A stretch of 64,000 nt of DNA from Octopus vulgaris (lineage: Eukaryota): positions 16,988,001 through 17,052,000 of the forward strand of contig OX597838.1 in NCBI GenBank assembly GCA_951406725.2. Direction: 5' to 3'. Below are positions 24,790-38,175 of the stretch, one piece after another (position 1 is the first letter of the stretch; the number at the start of each line of letters is the position of its first letter). Position numbers and translations under genes: made by a program. Under the pieces are notes generated by a model that had not been told where the DNA came from, made no database searches, and saw only the letters and a program-made list of their open reading frames with translations.

Positions 24790-25128
24790 ATTGGTGGACT
24801 TGATATTGTGGTTTCTCGTAACTATTTTGGCCGTCAAGTGAACAGTTTCCAAGGGAAGGTGAAGATTGTGGATAAAAGTCTTCTCAAAGAAAACACACCT
24901 AGTTATTTTGAAGGAGTCTTTATCCGTGCTCCTGCAGTTGTCAAAGTAAACAGCCCCGAAGTCTCTACTCTTGCTGTTCTTCCACATTCGTCAAAAGAAA
25001 AATCTGACACAATTGTAGCCGTGAAGCAGAAGAACATAATAGGCACAGCATTCCACCCCGAGTTAACAGAAGACCTTCGGTGGCACGAATATTTTCTGAA
25101 AATTATCCTTTCTGTACAGAATCATTGA
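24790..25128 (+). CDS. PDX2: PDX2 exon 3 (last coding exon)
   Basis: Acceptor tattttcAG at 24788-89, phase 0. IGGLDIVVSRNYFGRQVNSF, FIRAP and AFHPELT (catalytic His and Glu); TGA stop ends at 25128. Confidence 0.95.
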   Translation: MGGLDIVVSRNYFGRQVNSFQGKVKIVDKSLLKENTPSYFEGVFIRAPAVVKVNSPEVSTLAVLPHSSKEKSDTIVAVKQKNIIGTAFHPELTEDLRWHEYFLKIILSVQNH

Positions 25129-25177
25129 AAATGTTTGATTGCAATTTGGAATATGATATTTTTGAATGTTTGATGAT

Positions 25178-25183
25178 ATTAAA
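25178..25183 (+). terminator. Candidate PDX2 polyadenylation signal (ATTAAA)
   Basis: ATTAAA about 50 nt after the stop, followed by T-rich sequence. Confidence 0.35.
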
Positions 25184-25516
25184 ATTACAATAACAATACC
25201 TTTGATATGTATTTTTATTATTTTCATACCAGAGTTTTAGCTTTGGTTCACCTGAATTATTTGTATTGCTTCGTATATACTTTTATGGGAGGCGCAATGG
25301 CCCAGTGGTTAGGGCAGCGGACTCGCGGTCGTAGGATCGCGGTTTCGATTTAACCTTACACTAGAATTTTTTTTTTTTTAACACATAAGAAAACAAATCA
25401 AGAAAGCAAATAAAAAGGTTACAAGATCGAACCCGGCAGCCTATAAGGCCCAGCAACTATCTTTTATTTAAAGGATATAAATGCTGTTTTTAAATACGCT
25501 TTACTCTATAAGTAGT

Positions 25517-25900
25517 GGAGGCGCAATGGCCCAGTGGTTAGGGCAGTGGACTCGCGGTCGTAGGATCGCGGTTTCGATTCCCAGACCGGGCGTTGTGAGT
25601 GTTTATTGAGCGAAAACACCTAAAAAAAGCTCCATGAGGCTCTGGCAGGGGATGGTGGTGATCCCTGCTGTACTCTTTCACCACAACTTTCTCTCACTCT
25701 TACTTCCTGTTTCTGTTGTACCTGTATTTCAAAGGGCCGGCCTTGTCACTCTCTGTGTCACGCTGAATATCCCCGAGAACTACGTTAAGGGTACACGTGT
25801 CTGTGGAGTGCTCAGCCACTTACACGTTAATTTCACGAGCAGGCTGTTCCGCTGATCGGATCAACCGGAACCCTCGTCGTCGTAACCGACGGAGTGCTTC
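25517..25900 (+). mobile_element. SINE family C (tRNA-Arg-like head, resembling octopus OR SINEs). Other copies about 1910-2300, 25288-25352, 29222-29520, 29585-29850, 36530-36743, 38645-38950, 41758-42045, 49350-50125 (three), 58530-58730
   Basis: GGAGGCGCAATGGCCCAGTGGTTAGGGCAGCGGACTCGCGGTCG...GGTTTCGATTCCC. Confidence 0.9.
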
Positions 25901-26214
25901 CATATACTTTTATGAATTTCTGTTGCAAGATTCTTGATGTGAAACCGTGTGTTGAAACAGACATTGTTGTATTTTGGGATGGTGATTTTTTTATTTATGC
26001 CAAAGAAACACACTCACACTATATATTTATTCTTCACTTTTTTAATACTATTTTTATTCTAACTCATGTCCATTGTCTGGAAATCTTTCGTCACACATCT
26101 GTGACCTCTTCAGCAAATGGACTAAATGGAGCAGGAGCACACACAAGGACAGAAAGTGTTGCTGAAGGGATCACAGAAAGTGTTACTGAAGACAAAAGAT
26201 GTCTGGACAATAGA

Positions 26215-26485
<271 letters not shown>

Positions 26486-27423
26486 GTTTAACGTCCGCTT
26501 TCCATGCTAGCATGGGTTGGACGGTTCAACTGGGGTCTGGGGAGCCAGAAGGCTGCACCAGGCTCCAGTCTGATCTGGCAATGTTTCTACGGCTGGATGC
26601 CCTTCCTAACGCCAACCACTCCGTGAGTGTAGTGGGTGCTTTTTACATGCCACCGAATTAACAAGTGAAAAATAAATATACAGTGTGTGTGTGTGTTTAT
26701 TTGGCTGAAACGAGTAAAAGAATAAAAAAAGACGTGAATGGTAAATTGCTTTGTTGAAACTAACAATTCAATAACAACAATAATTCAAACATCTATCTCA
26801 AAGTTTTGATGTCCCCCTAGCATTGCGTGTGTGTATGTTTGTGTGTCAGTGTTTGTGCCCCTAGCATTGCTTGACAACTGATGCTGGTGTGTTTATGTCC
26901 CCATCACTTAGCGGTTCGGCAAAAGAGACCGATAAGTACTGGGCTTACAAAGAATAAGTCCTGGGGTCGATTTGCTCGACTAAAGGCGGTGCTCCAGCAT
27001 GGCTGCTGTGTAATGACTGAAACAAGTAAAAGAGTAAAAGAGTCCTGGTTAATGATTCATTTTGGTGAGAAAAAAAAGGTAGTGGGGGGGGGGGTCAACC
27101 CTGGAATTTAAATCAATTACAATGAATTGTGACTAGAATGTCGAGGGGGAATGATTTGACACGCACGAGTGTTGACTTGCTTCATGCTCTTGTTTGATGG
27201 TGCGGGGGTCATACCAAGTTAGTGGTCTCGGAGACGTCATCTCGTGCCAGCCCCTCTGCATTCTTCAAGTGTTGACTACGAATTGTTACACAATTTCACG
27301 TCTGTTAAACAAGAGCTGAACATTTTCTCACGTAGTACGGGATAAAAAAGAAAAGAAACCCCAAAACAGAACAAATTGTTTTGGGTCTACAGTAAGAAGT
27401 GTTTTCCTTAGAATATTTTAAAG

Positions 27424-30243
27424 CAGTGGTTCTCAAACATTTTTTTCTCTGGGGCCCACTTTTCGTATCCCCCAAATCCAGGCCCACTGGAATGAGGAAC
27501 TCTCTTATTAGCACTACTGATTTAATATAAGTAGCCAATTTTATGTTGCCTTGAAACGGTTAATGTAGAGAAAGACGGACAAATTCGGCCTGTTGCATAA
27601 ATCCTTCTGTCCCTAAAGAGTTAAATTCTGTCTGTGGTATAGAAATTTCGAATTTTTCCAACGGCTTGCATGCGGCCCAGACATCTTAAGTCGTAAATTC
27701 CCTCTCTTCTCGATTTATAGTACATTTCTTTTATCTGTGAGGACTTCATTTACTGCAGAAAATCTAGCTTCAACCAACCACATTGTAGAAAACTATAAAA
27801 AAAAGGGCACCACCTTTTCAATCCACCTTTTTGGAGTCTCCCCATCGAAAGATTGTTTTCCTTAAGTTTGACTAAATCTGCTGCAATGATAGGATCGATG
27901 CCTTCCTCTCTTAAAATATCAAAACACCAGCAATCCACTCTGGAGGTTTTATTTCGATGACATCCTTGAACCGTTGATTGATATCTTCTCTTAAGCTTTT
28001 CAAATGATTTGTACAGCTTGCGATGACATCGGTGGAAAGAGAGGATTTTGCCAAGTTGCCGAAGAACGCAAACGCCCTATTCTACAGATGAAGCTGCCAA
28101 GGGTTTAATATGATAACGAAAGCGCAAATTTTTTCTTTGCAAGGTTTTATTCAGTTGGTTGACATGCGAAACCAGATCAGCCAAGTAGAAAATTTTAGTC
28201 TTTGTATCATCTTCATTCATGGCTGAAAACAGGTCATTGGCCTTACCTTTCTGTTTCCTTGTGCAGGCTTGCGATTTCATAAGATGAATGAAGGACAGAA
28301 CCATGCTCCACATTTCAGCTAGACGAAAAAGGGAATTGCTTTTGGAGAGTCATCGAACCTCGGTGTGCATAAGCAGTGTCTCGTGATCTTCGTTTTCGCA
28401 TAGCTTTTGAAAAATACAGTCGTGAAGGGCATTGGCTTTGATGAAATTGATCGTTGAAACAGCAACTTCTAATGCCATCTCCATATCGCCACCAAGGGAT
28501 TTTGAAGTCAGATCTTCCCGATGAAAGATGCAATGGATGGACAACAAATACGGAGCAACTTCTTTGAATTTTGCTATGAAAATATTGTGTATGCCGGTCA
28601 TCGACACAAGCACTATCTGTCGCGATTTGGAAGAGGTTTTCCAGGGGGATTCCCGTCTTTTGAAGATATCCATAAACAGCTGAAAATATAGTTTCACTTT
28701 TTGTATCCGGCAGTTTCTTCATGGAGAGCAAGTCTTCAAGCATCTTTGTTTCGTCAACATATGGAACATACGCCAGTAGCAAAGAGGACTTACTAATGGT
28801 AGTCTCGTCGATTTGGAACGAGAACTTCGAGACTCTTAGTGTCTCAACCAGCTGTTCTTCGTGGTTTTCCGCCGTCTCATCTTGTCTGCGCTTGACAGTA
28901 TCATTTGAAAGGGAGATTCTTTTTGTAAGACAGTTGCGGCGTCTTACAAAAAAAAGTTCATGCTTGAGGGCAAAAAACCAAGTAGTAAAACTCTTGTTAG
29001 TAATTGCGCGTAAATGGCATTTTATTTGAGCCTCTTGTAGCCATGGTAGGAAGTTGATAGCTACAGAAAATAGAATGTAAAAATCAGAACTTTGTGAGAA
29101 AAGAAATCACTGTCACATTGAGAACAGAAAACGTAGATATAGAGACCAAAAAACTGAATTCTAATAACTTTTAAATTTAGTGCTTCTTATCGCTCGGGAA
29201 CTATTCAGTGGAAATGTTTGTTCCTTCTCGAGCCACGCCTGGCTCATTAGGGCCGGTTTCCCGGTTTCCTTGGCGTACAGGTTCCCCACCTGGACGGGAC
29301 GCTGGTCCGTCGCAGGTGAGCTGCAAGATGCAGGAGGAAAGAGTGAGAGAAAGTTGCGGCGAAAGAGTCAGCAGAAGTTCGCCATTACCTTCTGTCGGAG
29401 CCGCGTGGAACTTAGGTGTTTCACTCATAAACACACACAAATCGCCCGATCTGTGATTCGAACCCGCGATCCCTCGACCGCGAGTCCGCTGCTCTAACCA
29501 CTAGGTCATGTGCCTCCACACACAGAAATATACAGTATGTAATTGCAGCCAATAACTGGGCTTAACGATATTATATTCCATATAGTAGGATCGCGGTTTC
29601 GATTCCCAGACCGGGTGTTGTGAGTGTTTATTGAGCGAAAACACCTAAAGCTCCACCACGCTCCGGCAGAGGGTGGTGGCGATCCCTACTGTACTCTTTC
29701 GCCACAACTTTCTCTCACTCTTTCTTCTGTTGGCCTGCTCGCTTGGCCAGCGTGGTGGCGTCATTTGAAGGCTAAAACAATGCGAAGTGCATTGTGACCA
29801 GCGATGTGTAGCAACATCTGATAGCCTAGTCGGTCGCAATGATCACAGTGATATTCCCATATTATGCCGCATATATTCCAAAAACACTTGCATATGATGT
29901 CGTAAAATTGCTTCTTTCAAATTCAAACGGTCAATACAAGGAGCAGACGATGTGAGCCTGAGCAGAATGTCGCAATTAATGATATCAAAACGTTTTCAGT
30001 TTTTAATAAGCTTGCAAAATTATTGGACAGTCAACATACAATCACACTTGCCTTTAAACTCTGGTGCGCACGTATAAGCGTTTTGATCAACAGCCTGAGG
30101 TGTTTGCTCTGGCTAACCACAGCGGCTGCCAAAAGTAAATAAATAAGGTCACGTCTAGATGTGCACACTGAGCACAAGCTCCACACGGAACGCGACCTTA
30201 TAACACACCTCAAAAATTCTGAGGTCAATTTTGAGAACCACTT
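27424..30243 (-). mobile_element. Decayed hAT (Charlie/Buster-like) transposon with nested SINEs
   Basis: TIRs CAGTGGTTCTCAAA (27424) and TTTGAGAACCACT (about 30230-42). Broken transposase: FQIDETT, LLAYV.YV, IHCIFHRE, LLMHTEVR, YLADL...NQLN..LQ. Confidence 0.8.
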
Positions 30244-30824
30244 TCAAGTTTAAAGTTTCGCCTAGTTACGTAGACGCTTAATTGACAAGGGAGATAACTG
30301 TAAGTTAATGAACAGATTTACTTCCCCTGTACTTTGATTCAAGTTTCTTCGTTTCATCACCTTAGAGCTGAGATCTTCATCAGATGTTGAAAGTGTAGAC
30401 TATGATGAGGTTATGGTGTGCATTCTTTCTCAAGGCAATTAATAGCATAAATAAATAAGGGACAGAAACCAGCTAGATACTTCGGTCCATCTTGAGTTTA
30501 CCACGTGTTCACTCATTATTCAAACTGAAATTGTTACTCGGGTCAACTCTGATAACGAACCGTTCCAACTGTAAACATCTTTATCCTTTGATTCTTTTAC
30601 TCGATTCACTCAATTTGACAGCGGCCATGTTGGAGCACCGTCTTAAAGGGTTTTAGTCGAAGAAATTGCCCCCGGGACTTATTCTTTGAAAGCCTATCGG
30701 TCTATTTTGCCGAGCCGCTAAATTACAGGAACATAAATGTGCTAGCATCGGTTGTCAAGCAATGGTGGGGGGACAACCAGACACAAAGTCACACATACAT
30801 AAATACATACATACAGACAAACAT

Positions 30825-30904
<80 letters not shown>

Positions 30905-31358
30905 GACGGGTTTTTAGTTTCCGTCTACCAAATCCACTCACAAGGCTTTGGTCAGCCCGAGGCTGTAGTAGAAGACACTTGCCCAATGTGCCATGCAGTG
31001 GGACTGAACTCGGAACCATGTGGTTGGTAAGCAAGTTTCTTCCACACAGCCACGCCTGCGCCTTTTTAAAAAATACTTTCAAGGCTAAAATGTTCAATAT
31101 TCTTATTTTTTTTTTAAGACAGTAGGATGTGATTTGAAAGGGATTTGACTGTTGTTTTTGGTGGGTCGAGCGACCACGCGGAAGTTCTTCTTTTGTTATT
31201 GAACATCAAATGACAACGGTGATAGTTGAGTCGGTGGAAAATAGGAAACTAGGTGGGGTTTTTTTGGGGTGGGGGTGGGGTGGGGGGTTATAGAGGGCTG
31301 CTTTAATGTTTTCGTCTCCCTCTTAGTCAGAAAATAAAATGTGAGGAAGAAAAAGAAG

Positions 31359-31380
31359 CTGTTGTTGTTGTTGTTGTTGT

Positions 31381-31419
<39 letters not shown>

Positions 31420-31464
31420 CGATGATGACGATGATGATGATGATGATGACGATGATGGTGATGT

Positions 31465-31514
<50 letters not shown>

Positions 31515-31515
31515 T

Positions 31516-31547
<32 letters not shown>

Positions 31548-31563
31548 TTGATGATGATGATGG

Positions 31564-31657
<94 letters not shown>

Positions 31658-31997
31658 GATGATGATGATGTTGATGATGACGATGATGATGATGATGACG
31701 ATGATGATGATGATGATGTTGATGATGATGATGATGTTGATGGTGATGATGATGATGATGATGATGATGTGTTACACAGTCGAGATTAGAATAATGTTCT
31801 TTTGTCTTCTGATTCCAAATATGAAGAAAACAAAACACCGTGCACTCAGGCATATGTGAACGCGTACACATGCTCACACGCCCCGCCCCATTCCACGCAT
31901 ATACACACATATCCAAACATACATATAGTGAGTATGTTTATGTGATAAAAGAGGAGATATGTTTGTCTGGTAATGAAGGCCATTTGTAGAATATTGA

Positions 31998-32050
<53 letters not shown>

Positions 32051-32103
32051 TAGCGCTATAGATAGAAAGGTAGATAGAAAGATAGATAGATAGATAGATA
32101 GAC

Positions 32104-32134
<31 letters not shown>

Positions 32135-32163
32135 CAGAGAGATATATAGACAGGCAGACAGAC

Positions 32164-32222
<59 letters not shown>

Positions 32223-32338
32223 TATATAGACAGAGAGATATATAGACAGGCAGACAGATAGATAGATAGATAGATAGATAGATAAAGAAAGTGAGAGAGA
32301 GAGCGAGAGAGGATCACTATAGATAGAAAGGTAGATAG

Positions 32339-32369
<31 letters not shown>

Positions 32370-32492
32370 ATGAGTGGGTGAGTGAGTGTGAGAGAGAGAG
32401 AGAGAGTGAGTGGGTGAGTGAGTGAGAGAGAGAGAGAGAGTGGGTGAGTGAGTGTGTGTGAGAGAGAGAGAGTGTGTGGGTGAATGAGTGAG
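31359..32492. repeat. Compound microsatellites (TGA)n, (TG)n(AG)n, (GATA)n
   Basis: Direct read. Confidence 0.97.
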
Positions 32493-34492
32493 AGTTGGCT
32501 TTGGTTTAATGTAAATTAGAAATTCATTAACTTATTTAGAGACGAAGAAAAAGAAAATGGACGGAACAGTTGTCCAAAGAAACGTAAAAAAAAAAAAATG
32601 CACGTGAAGTGCAAATAGGTGAAAATAAGTGGGCCTGATGCGAAATAAAAAGTTGGCAAATTGTTAAAAGAAATTATCTGACAGATAAAGAAAGAAAAAA
32701 AAGATATCATTTAGTAATTTTGGTTTGCTAAATGACCTTGTACGTAATGATGGACTTCACGGTGAACTTAGCTGCAACAATCGAATATCAAAATTACAAG
32801 AATTTGGCAGTAAACATTTTTTTTCTCTCTTTAACAACGAACAAATCTGCATTGAGAGCCAAAGAAGAGTCAATTAACTTTTGATGCTAAAAAGGGTTCC
32901 TGATTTAGAGAACGGCAATTGATCGGAGCTTTTATTTAAACAACATTTACCATAATTATTAGCGAAAAGTTCTTGAGATTCTTGCCAATAGATAGAAAAA
33001 AAACAACAAAAACCGTAGGTGGCTTACTGGCCGCATGTTTTACGTTTTTGTATCTATTTCGCGATATTCTTGATGTGAAATCGTTTGTTGAAACCGATAT
33101 GGTTGTACTTTTGGCGATGGGTCACATTGCCAATAAAAACACACGCACAGGTTATATTTCACTTCAGTTTATTACTGGATGTTTATTACTTGTTTTACGT
33201 TTTTGTATCTATTTCGCGATATTCTTGATGTGAAATCTTTTGTTGAAACCGATATGGTTGTACTTTTGGCGATGGGTCACATTGCCAATGAAAACACACG
33301 CACAGGTTATATTTCACTTCAGTTTATTACTAATCAATTCGATAGCTAATATCTTCGATTATTATTTTTTTTTCAAAAGCCTTTTTCTCAATCTGCGACC
33401 TTATCAATCCCCATGGGCCCATCAAGATTCTCCTCCTCCTCGCCATTAATTCTATGTTTGCTGTTTGTCTCCATGTTACTTGATCTCACTTGATTGGTTG
33501 CTGTTATTTTACTCCAAAGTCTATCTTTCTTCTCTTCTGGTGCAGTCAACCGAAACGGTTGACTTTCTAATCAATAGAACTAATGCGTATGTGCGTATGT
33601 GCGTGTGTGTGTGTGTATACTTACGTGCGCGTATCCATGTGTTTGTGCATGTGTGTTCTTTGTGAGCGAGTGCGTGCATGTGTGTGTAAGGGACGTCAAA
33701 AAGAAGAAAGGTAAGTAGAATCTTAAAGAGTGATGCCGGAGATCAAATTGGAGTTGTTAGAAGTAGTTGGGAAAATTGTGCTGTGGTTGATGATAAGAGT
33801 TGGTCTCAACAGTATTTTTGATAATGTTTGTCGGGCGAAGTAGTGCAGAGATAAATACTTGTCGGTTTATTGACACAGAAACCTGATATATCATTCCAGG
33901 CATTTTACACTCCGTTATCCTCTTGAGTATCATTGATCAAGTACATAAACATCGCAGTTTTTCATAATCGACGAAAACCACACGGCCACGTCTACAAATC
34001 CTACCAAATGAGGTACGTGCTTCAGGTTTCATTTGTTTGAATTTCTGAGATGAGAAATTATATACGCTGGGCAAAATGCTTAGCGGAAATTTCCCCCCGT
34101 CTCTATGCTCTGACTCTGAGTTCAAACTCTACCGGGTTCGACTTTGCCTTTTATCCTTTCGGGGGTCGATAAAATAAGTTTCAGTTGAGCACTGGGGTCG
34201 ATATAATCTATTTCTTTACTACCCACAAGGGGCTAAACACAGAAAGGACAAACAAGGACAGACAAACGGATTAAGTCGATTGCATCGATCCCAGTGCGTA
34301 ACTGCTACTTCATTTATCGACCCCGAAAGGATGAAAGGCAAAGTTGACCTCGGCGGAATTTGAACTCAGAACGTAACGGCAGACGAAATACGGTTACGCA
34401 TTTCGCCCGGCGTGCTAACGTTTCTGCCAGCTCGCCGCGATATAATCGTCTAATACCCGTACCCGCCAATTTCAGGCCTTATGCCTATAATA

Positions 34493-35056
34493 TTGGGTTG
34501 TCCGGAAAGTTCGTGCCGGTTTATAGTAGCTTACATTTCGACTTATTTTAGAACATGGTTGAGTCCATAAAATAGGATTTGACTACACCCCCATTTAGAG
34601 CACAGTTTAAGCTATCTTTTCGTGGAAGAAGGTTGATGTTATTATAATCTGTGTTAATTCTGTAACCCTTTAAATTGGAAGATAAGAAAGTTCATTTTCG
34701 GCACTTGATGCTTTGGGAACCAGACAAAATTTGCTGCAGCTTGTCTGGGATGTGTTACCCCATCCTCCATATTCTCCAGATATTGCTCCTTCAGATTTCC
34801 ACTTATTCAGGTCTCTGCAGAATAGTCTTAATGGTAAAAAGTTTCAGTTCCTTGGATGACGTAAAAAGATACCTTGATGAATTCTTTGCCATGAAACCAC
34901 CTCAATTCTGAGAAGAGGGTATTTTCAAGTTAAAGGAAAGATGGAGACGCATTGTGCAACAAAATGGTTCATATTTGTTTGATTAAAAATGTAATAGCAA
35001 GTATTTATTGACCTTCTTTCCTTAAAAAATCGGCACGAACTTTCCGGACAACCCAA
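34493..35056 (+). mobile_element. Internally deleted mariner element
   Basis: TIR TTGGGTTGTCCGGAAAGTTCGTGCCG with TA TSDs; HPPYSPDIAPSDFHLFRSLQN motif. Confidence 0.9.
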
Positions 35057-35437
35057 TAGAAAGGACTAATATACACATATACATTCAATCGTTCTGTGTT
35101 CAAGCCTTCATCAGACCCCTATCGTATTTGGTAACCTCCAAATACGATAGAGGTCGGAATTTTGTTGTGAACGTTGTGAGCAATATTTGGTTGATGAGAA
35201 ATTCGTGGATGTCCGTTGGAGGCATCTTTCCTATTCTTGGATGATACACCTTAATCAGTTACTTGATTTGATACACTATTTGGCTGTTTGCAACCTTTAA
35301 AGGAATGTACTCTGTTGTATGTACTTCAGTCTAGGTCTTCGATTTAAGGAGAAGTGCATTCTTCTTCACATTAGACAGGAATGGTCCTGAAAGCATTTAG
35401 AGTGCTACCCTTCCTTCACTAACTCACCAATAAAATA

Positions 35438-35944
35438 CGAGGGAATGCTGAAAAGTTCCTAGCTTTGGGTAAAAGAAAATACAGGAGAATCAGTTAAGAT
35501 TTTACTCAATACTAGCAGTATCGCCCGGCGTTGCTCGGGTTTGTAAGGGAAATAACTATATAAGCATTTTTAGAGAGTTACTTCCCTTATATAATAGCAA
35601 AAAAATGCATTAAAAATGGGGAAAAATGATGGTAAATTTTTTAAAAATCGTAGACTCATCGTAGACGCGCGCTAATACCCAGAAGGGCTCGATATGAATT
35701 ACGACTATAAGATATCCGCTTTTGGTTAAACTGCACCGCAAAATGTGGGAGTAGTTAGGAATCTAAATCGTAGGAGACAGACACTCACACAACTTCACTT
35801 TTATATATAAAGATATTCCCCACTCAGATTCACACACTTATTGGAGCAGTCCTTCAGATTTTCTAAGCCATTTAAAGGAACTCGGGCCCCCAACCAGGCC
35901 TTTCGCAATACCCTTAAAGCTAGGAATCTTTCAGCATATCCTCG
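35438..35944. mobile_element. mariner-type MITE (hosts a Helitron)
   Basis: ta|CGAGGGAATGCTGAAAAGTTCCTAGCTTT ... AAAGCTAGGAATCTTTCAGCATATCCTCG|ta. Confidence 0.8.
35512..35813 (-). mobile_element. Non-autonomous Helitron
   Basis: On the - strand: A|TCTTTATATATAAAAG ... hairpin CCCGAGCAACGCCGGG ... CTAG|T, with no TSD. Confidence 0.85.
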
Positions 35945-36828
35945 TAAATAATCCGAATTGTAAAAAAAAAAATAAAGAAATGAGCCAATAGTTTTGTCAA
36001 CAATTTTATAAACATTCTTTAAAATAAAGTTTGTGTTAGATTCTCTGACAGACATAGTAATTTAGAAATTGCAAATTTAATTAAACAGTTCAGAATACTA
36101 AAAAAAAAATGTAACGCGTTAATAAAAAACTGAACACCACCGCTTTGTGTTTCGTCATTTATCTAAACTTCACAGCTTTTAAAGTCCAGGATTTCTTGTG
36201 CATTTTTTTTTAAAAAACAAGAGAAGAAATGAAGATATGACTTGACATACGCCATGTCTATAATTTGGTATGTTGATTCTGTAATGAAGGAAAAAAAAAA
36301 GATATGTTTATTGAGACACAACGTATGATTTTCAGATTCATAGGAAGTTTAGAAAACGAGAGTAGATAAATCATCACTACTCTACTGTGTGTTCTACCTG
36401 TCTATGAGTAGGGAACATCGAGGGGAGAGTCAGTCACCACAGTTCTACAGGTATGAAAAGTGTCCCGTTTGAAAAGAAAACTTGCCAAGATTTCTTAGTC
36501 ATACAAAGTATTAAAAAAAACAAAATGTACCTTCTCGAGCCATGCCAGGCTCATAAGGGCCAATTTCCCGGGTGTAGAAATTCCCCACCTGGACGGGACG
36601 CCGGTCCATCGCAGGATTACTCGAGCAACGTGAAAATGAAGTGTTTTGTTCAAGAAAACAACGCATCGTCCGGTCCAAGAATCGAAACCACAACCTTACG
36701 ATCATGAGTTCAACACTCTAACCACTAAGCCACGCGCCTCCACAAACAACGTATTTGGCTTGTTTTAATTTCAGAATATTTGTTGATTGCAACAGGATTC
36801 TCAATAACACAAAACAAGCCATCATTTA

Positions 36829-37031
36829 CCGTATTTTCCGGCACACAAGTTGATGTAGTATATTGTGTAAGCATGAAGTGTAAACATTCAAACATTGTCA
36901 CTATCTTCACAAATCCTACTGCATTTCATATGGAAGCTTTCGTCCTTCAAAGTCGTCTTGGTGTTTTAGCCGACCTACGGGTTTTTTTTACTACAAACTG
37001 AAAACTTTGACTTGTTTGCCGGAAAGTACGG
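36829..37031. mobile_element. Tigger/pogo-like MITE
   Basis: ta|CCGTATTTTCCGGCA ... TGCCGGAAAGTACGG|ta. Confidence 0.75.
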
Positions 37032-37544
37032 TATACTAAAATGGTCTTAATTTTGATTTAGTATAAGAATTTGTTGTTGTTGTTGTTTAGTTTCCTGTAC
37101 TCTTTTACTTGTTTCAGTCATTTGACTGTGGCCATGCTGGAGCACCACTTTTAGTCCGAGTCAATAGGTACTAGGACTTATTCTTTGTAAGCCTAGTACT
37201 TATTCTATCGGTCTCTTTTGCCGAACCGCTTAGTTACGGGGACGTAAACACACCAGCATCGGTTGTGAAGCGATGTTGGGGGAGACAAACACAGACACAC
37301 AAACAGACATACACATATATATATATATACATATCCATATATACGACAGGCTTCTTTCAGTTTCCGTCTACCAAATCCACTCACAAGGCATTGGTCGGCC
37401 CGAGGCTATAGTAGAAGACACTTGCCCAAAGTGCCACGCAGTGTGTCTGAACCCGGGACCATGTGGTTGCTAATAAGCTACTTACCACACAGCCACTCCT
37501 GCGCCTATCTCAACATTTTACAATTAACTACTAATTAACAGTTA

Positions 37545-37930
37545 TTAATGGGGACAAACCTTTGACTGGATATCATCTGATTTATAAACCGATGTCATAG
37601 CATCTTCATAAGTTGGTAAGGAAGAAGAATCTCCCAGAGTTTGGTGAGAGTAGGTTAAGTTGTTCCTGATATTGTTATTTGGTGTGTCGGATTGGTAAGA
37701 AACTGTCGAGAAAAGACTGTCAGTCTGCGAGAAGGCACTGTCAGTGGAAACGCTTCGATCGATTCCTTTGTGTTGGTCACTTGAATCATCGTCATCATCG
37801 GAAGAGGAAGAATCGGACGAAAACTCAGACTTTGATGCCAAATTTGGTAAGCTTCCGACGGTGCTAACCATTGCTAACGACGCAAATTCACTAAGAGCTT
37901 TTAGTGCCAGACTGCTCCGTTTTCGTTTTT
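37545..37930 (-). CDS. Last coding exon of the same gene (Ser/Asp-rich disordered tail, LPTY motif)
   Basis: Long polypyrimidine tract plus AG at 37932-31, phase 1. EKRKRSSLALKALSEFASL...SSDDDDD...LPTYEDA...VCPH*. Non-repetitive, coding-like sequence. Confidence 0.8.
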
Positions 37931-37995
37931 CTAAAAAGAAAGAAAGAAAAAAAGGAAAAACAAAAGAGAAATCATCATAATAAAGTAATATTATT

Positions 37996-38175
37996 TTTCG
38001 TTTTTGGATTTGGTTTGCAAGATTATTTATATGAGTTCGTGTGTTGAAGCATATTCTGTTATGTCTGGGGACACAAAAAGGCACAAAAAGAAAATGACTC
38101 TCCCAGAAACAACAGAATATGCTTCAACACACGAACTCATATAAAGAATCTTGCAAACCAAATCCCAAAACGAAA
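37996..38175. repeat. Inverted repeat (about 74-bp arms) of a dispersed Penelope-like terminal repeat
   Basis: TTTCGTTTTTGGATTTGGTTTGCAAGATT...GTTGAAGCATATTCTGTT and its reverse complement. Confidence 0.9.

Noticed and set aside
23075-25128. Bacterial or fungal contamination as the source of PDX2
   Set aside because: Spliceosomal introns are filled with the same SINEs as the rest of the window.
25517-25590. tRNA-Arg-like sequences
   Set aside because: They are SINE heads that continue into a conserved body and lack a proper acceptor stem and terminator.
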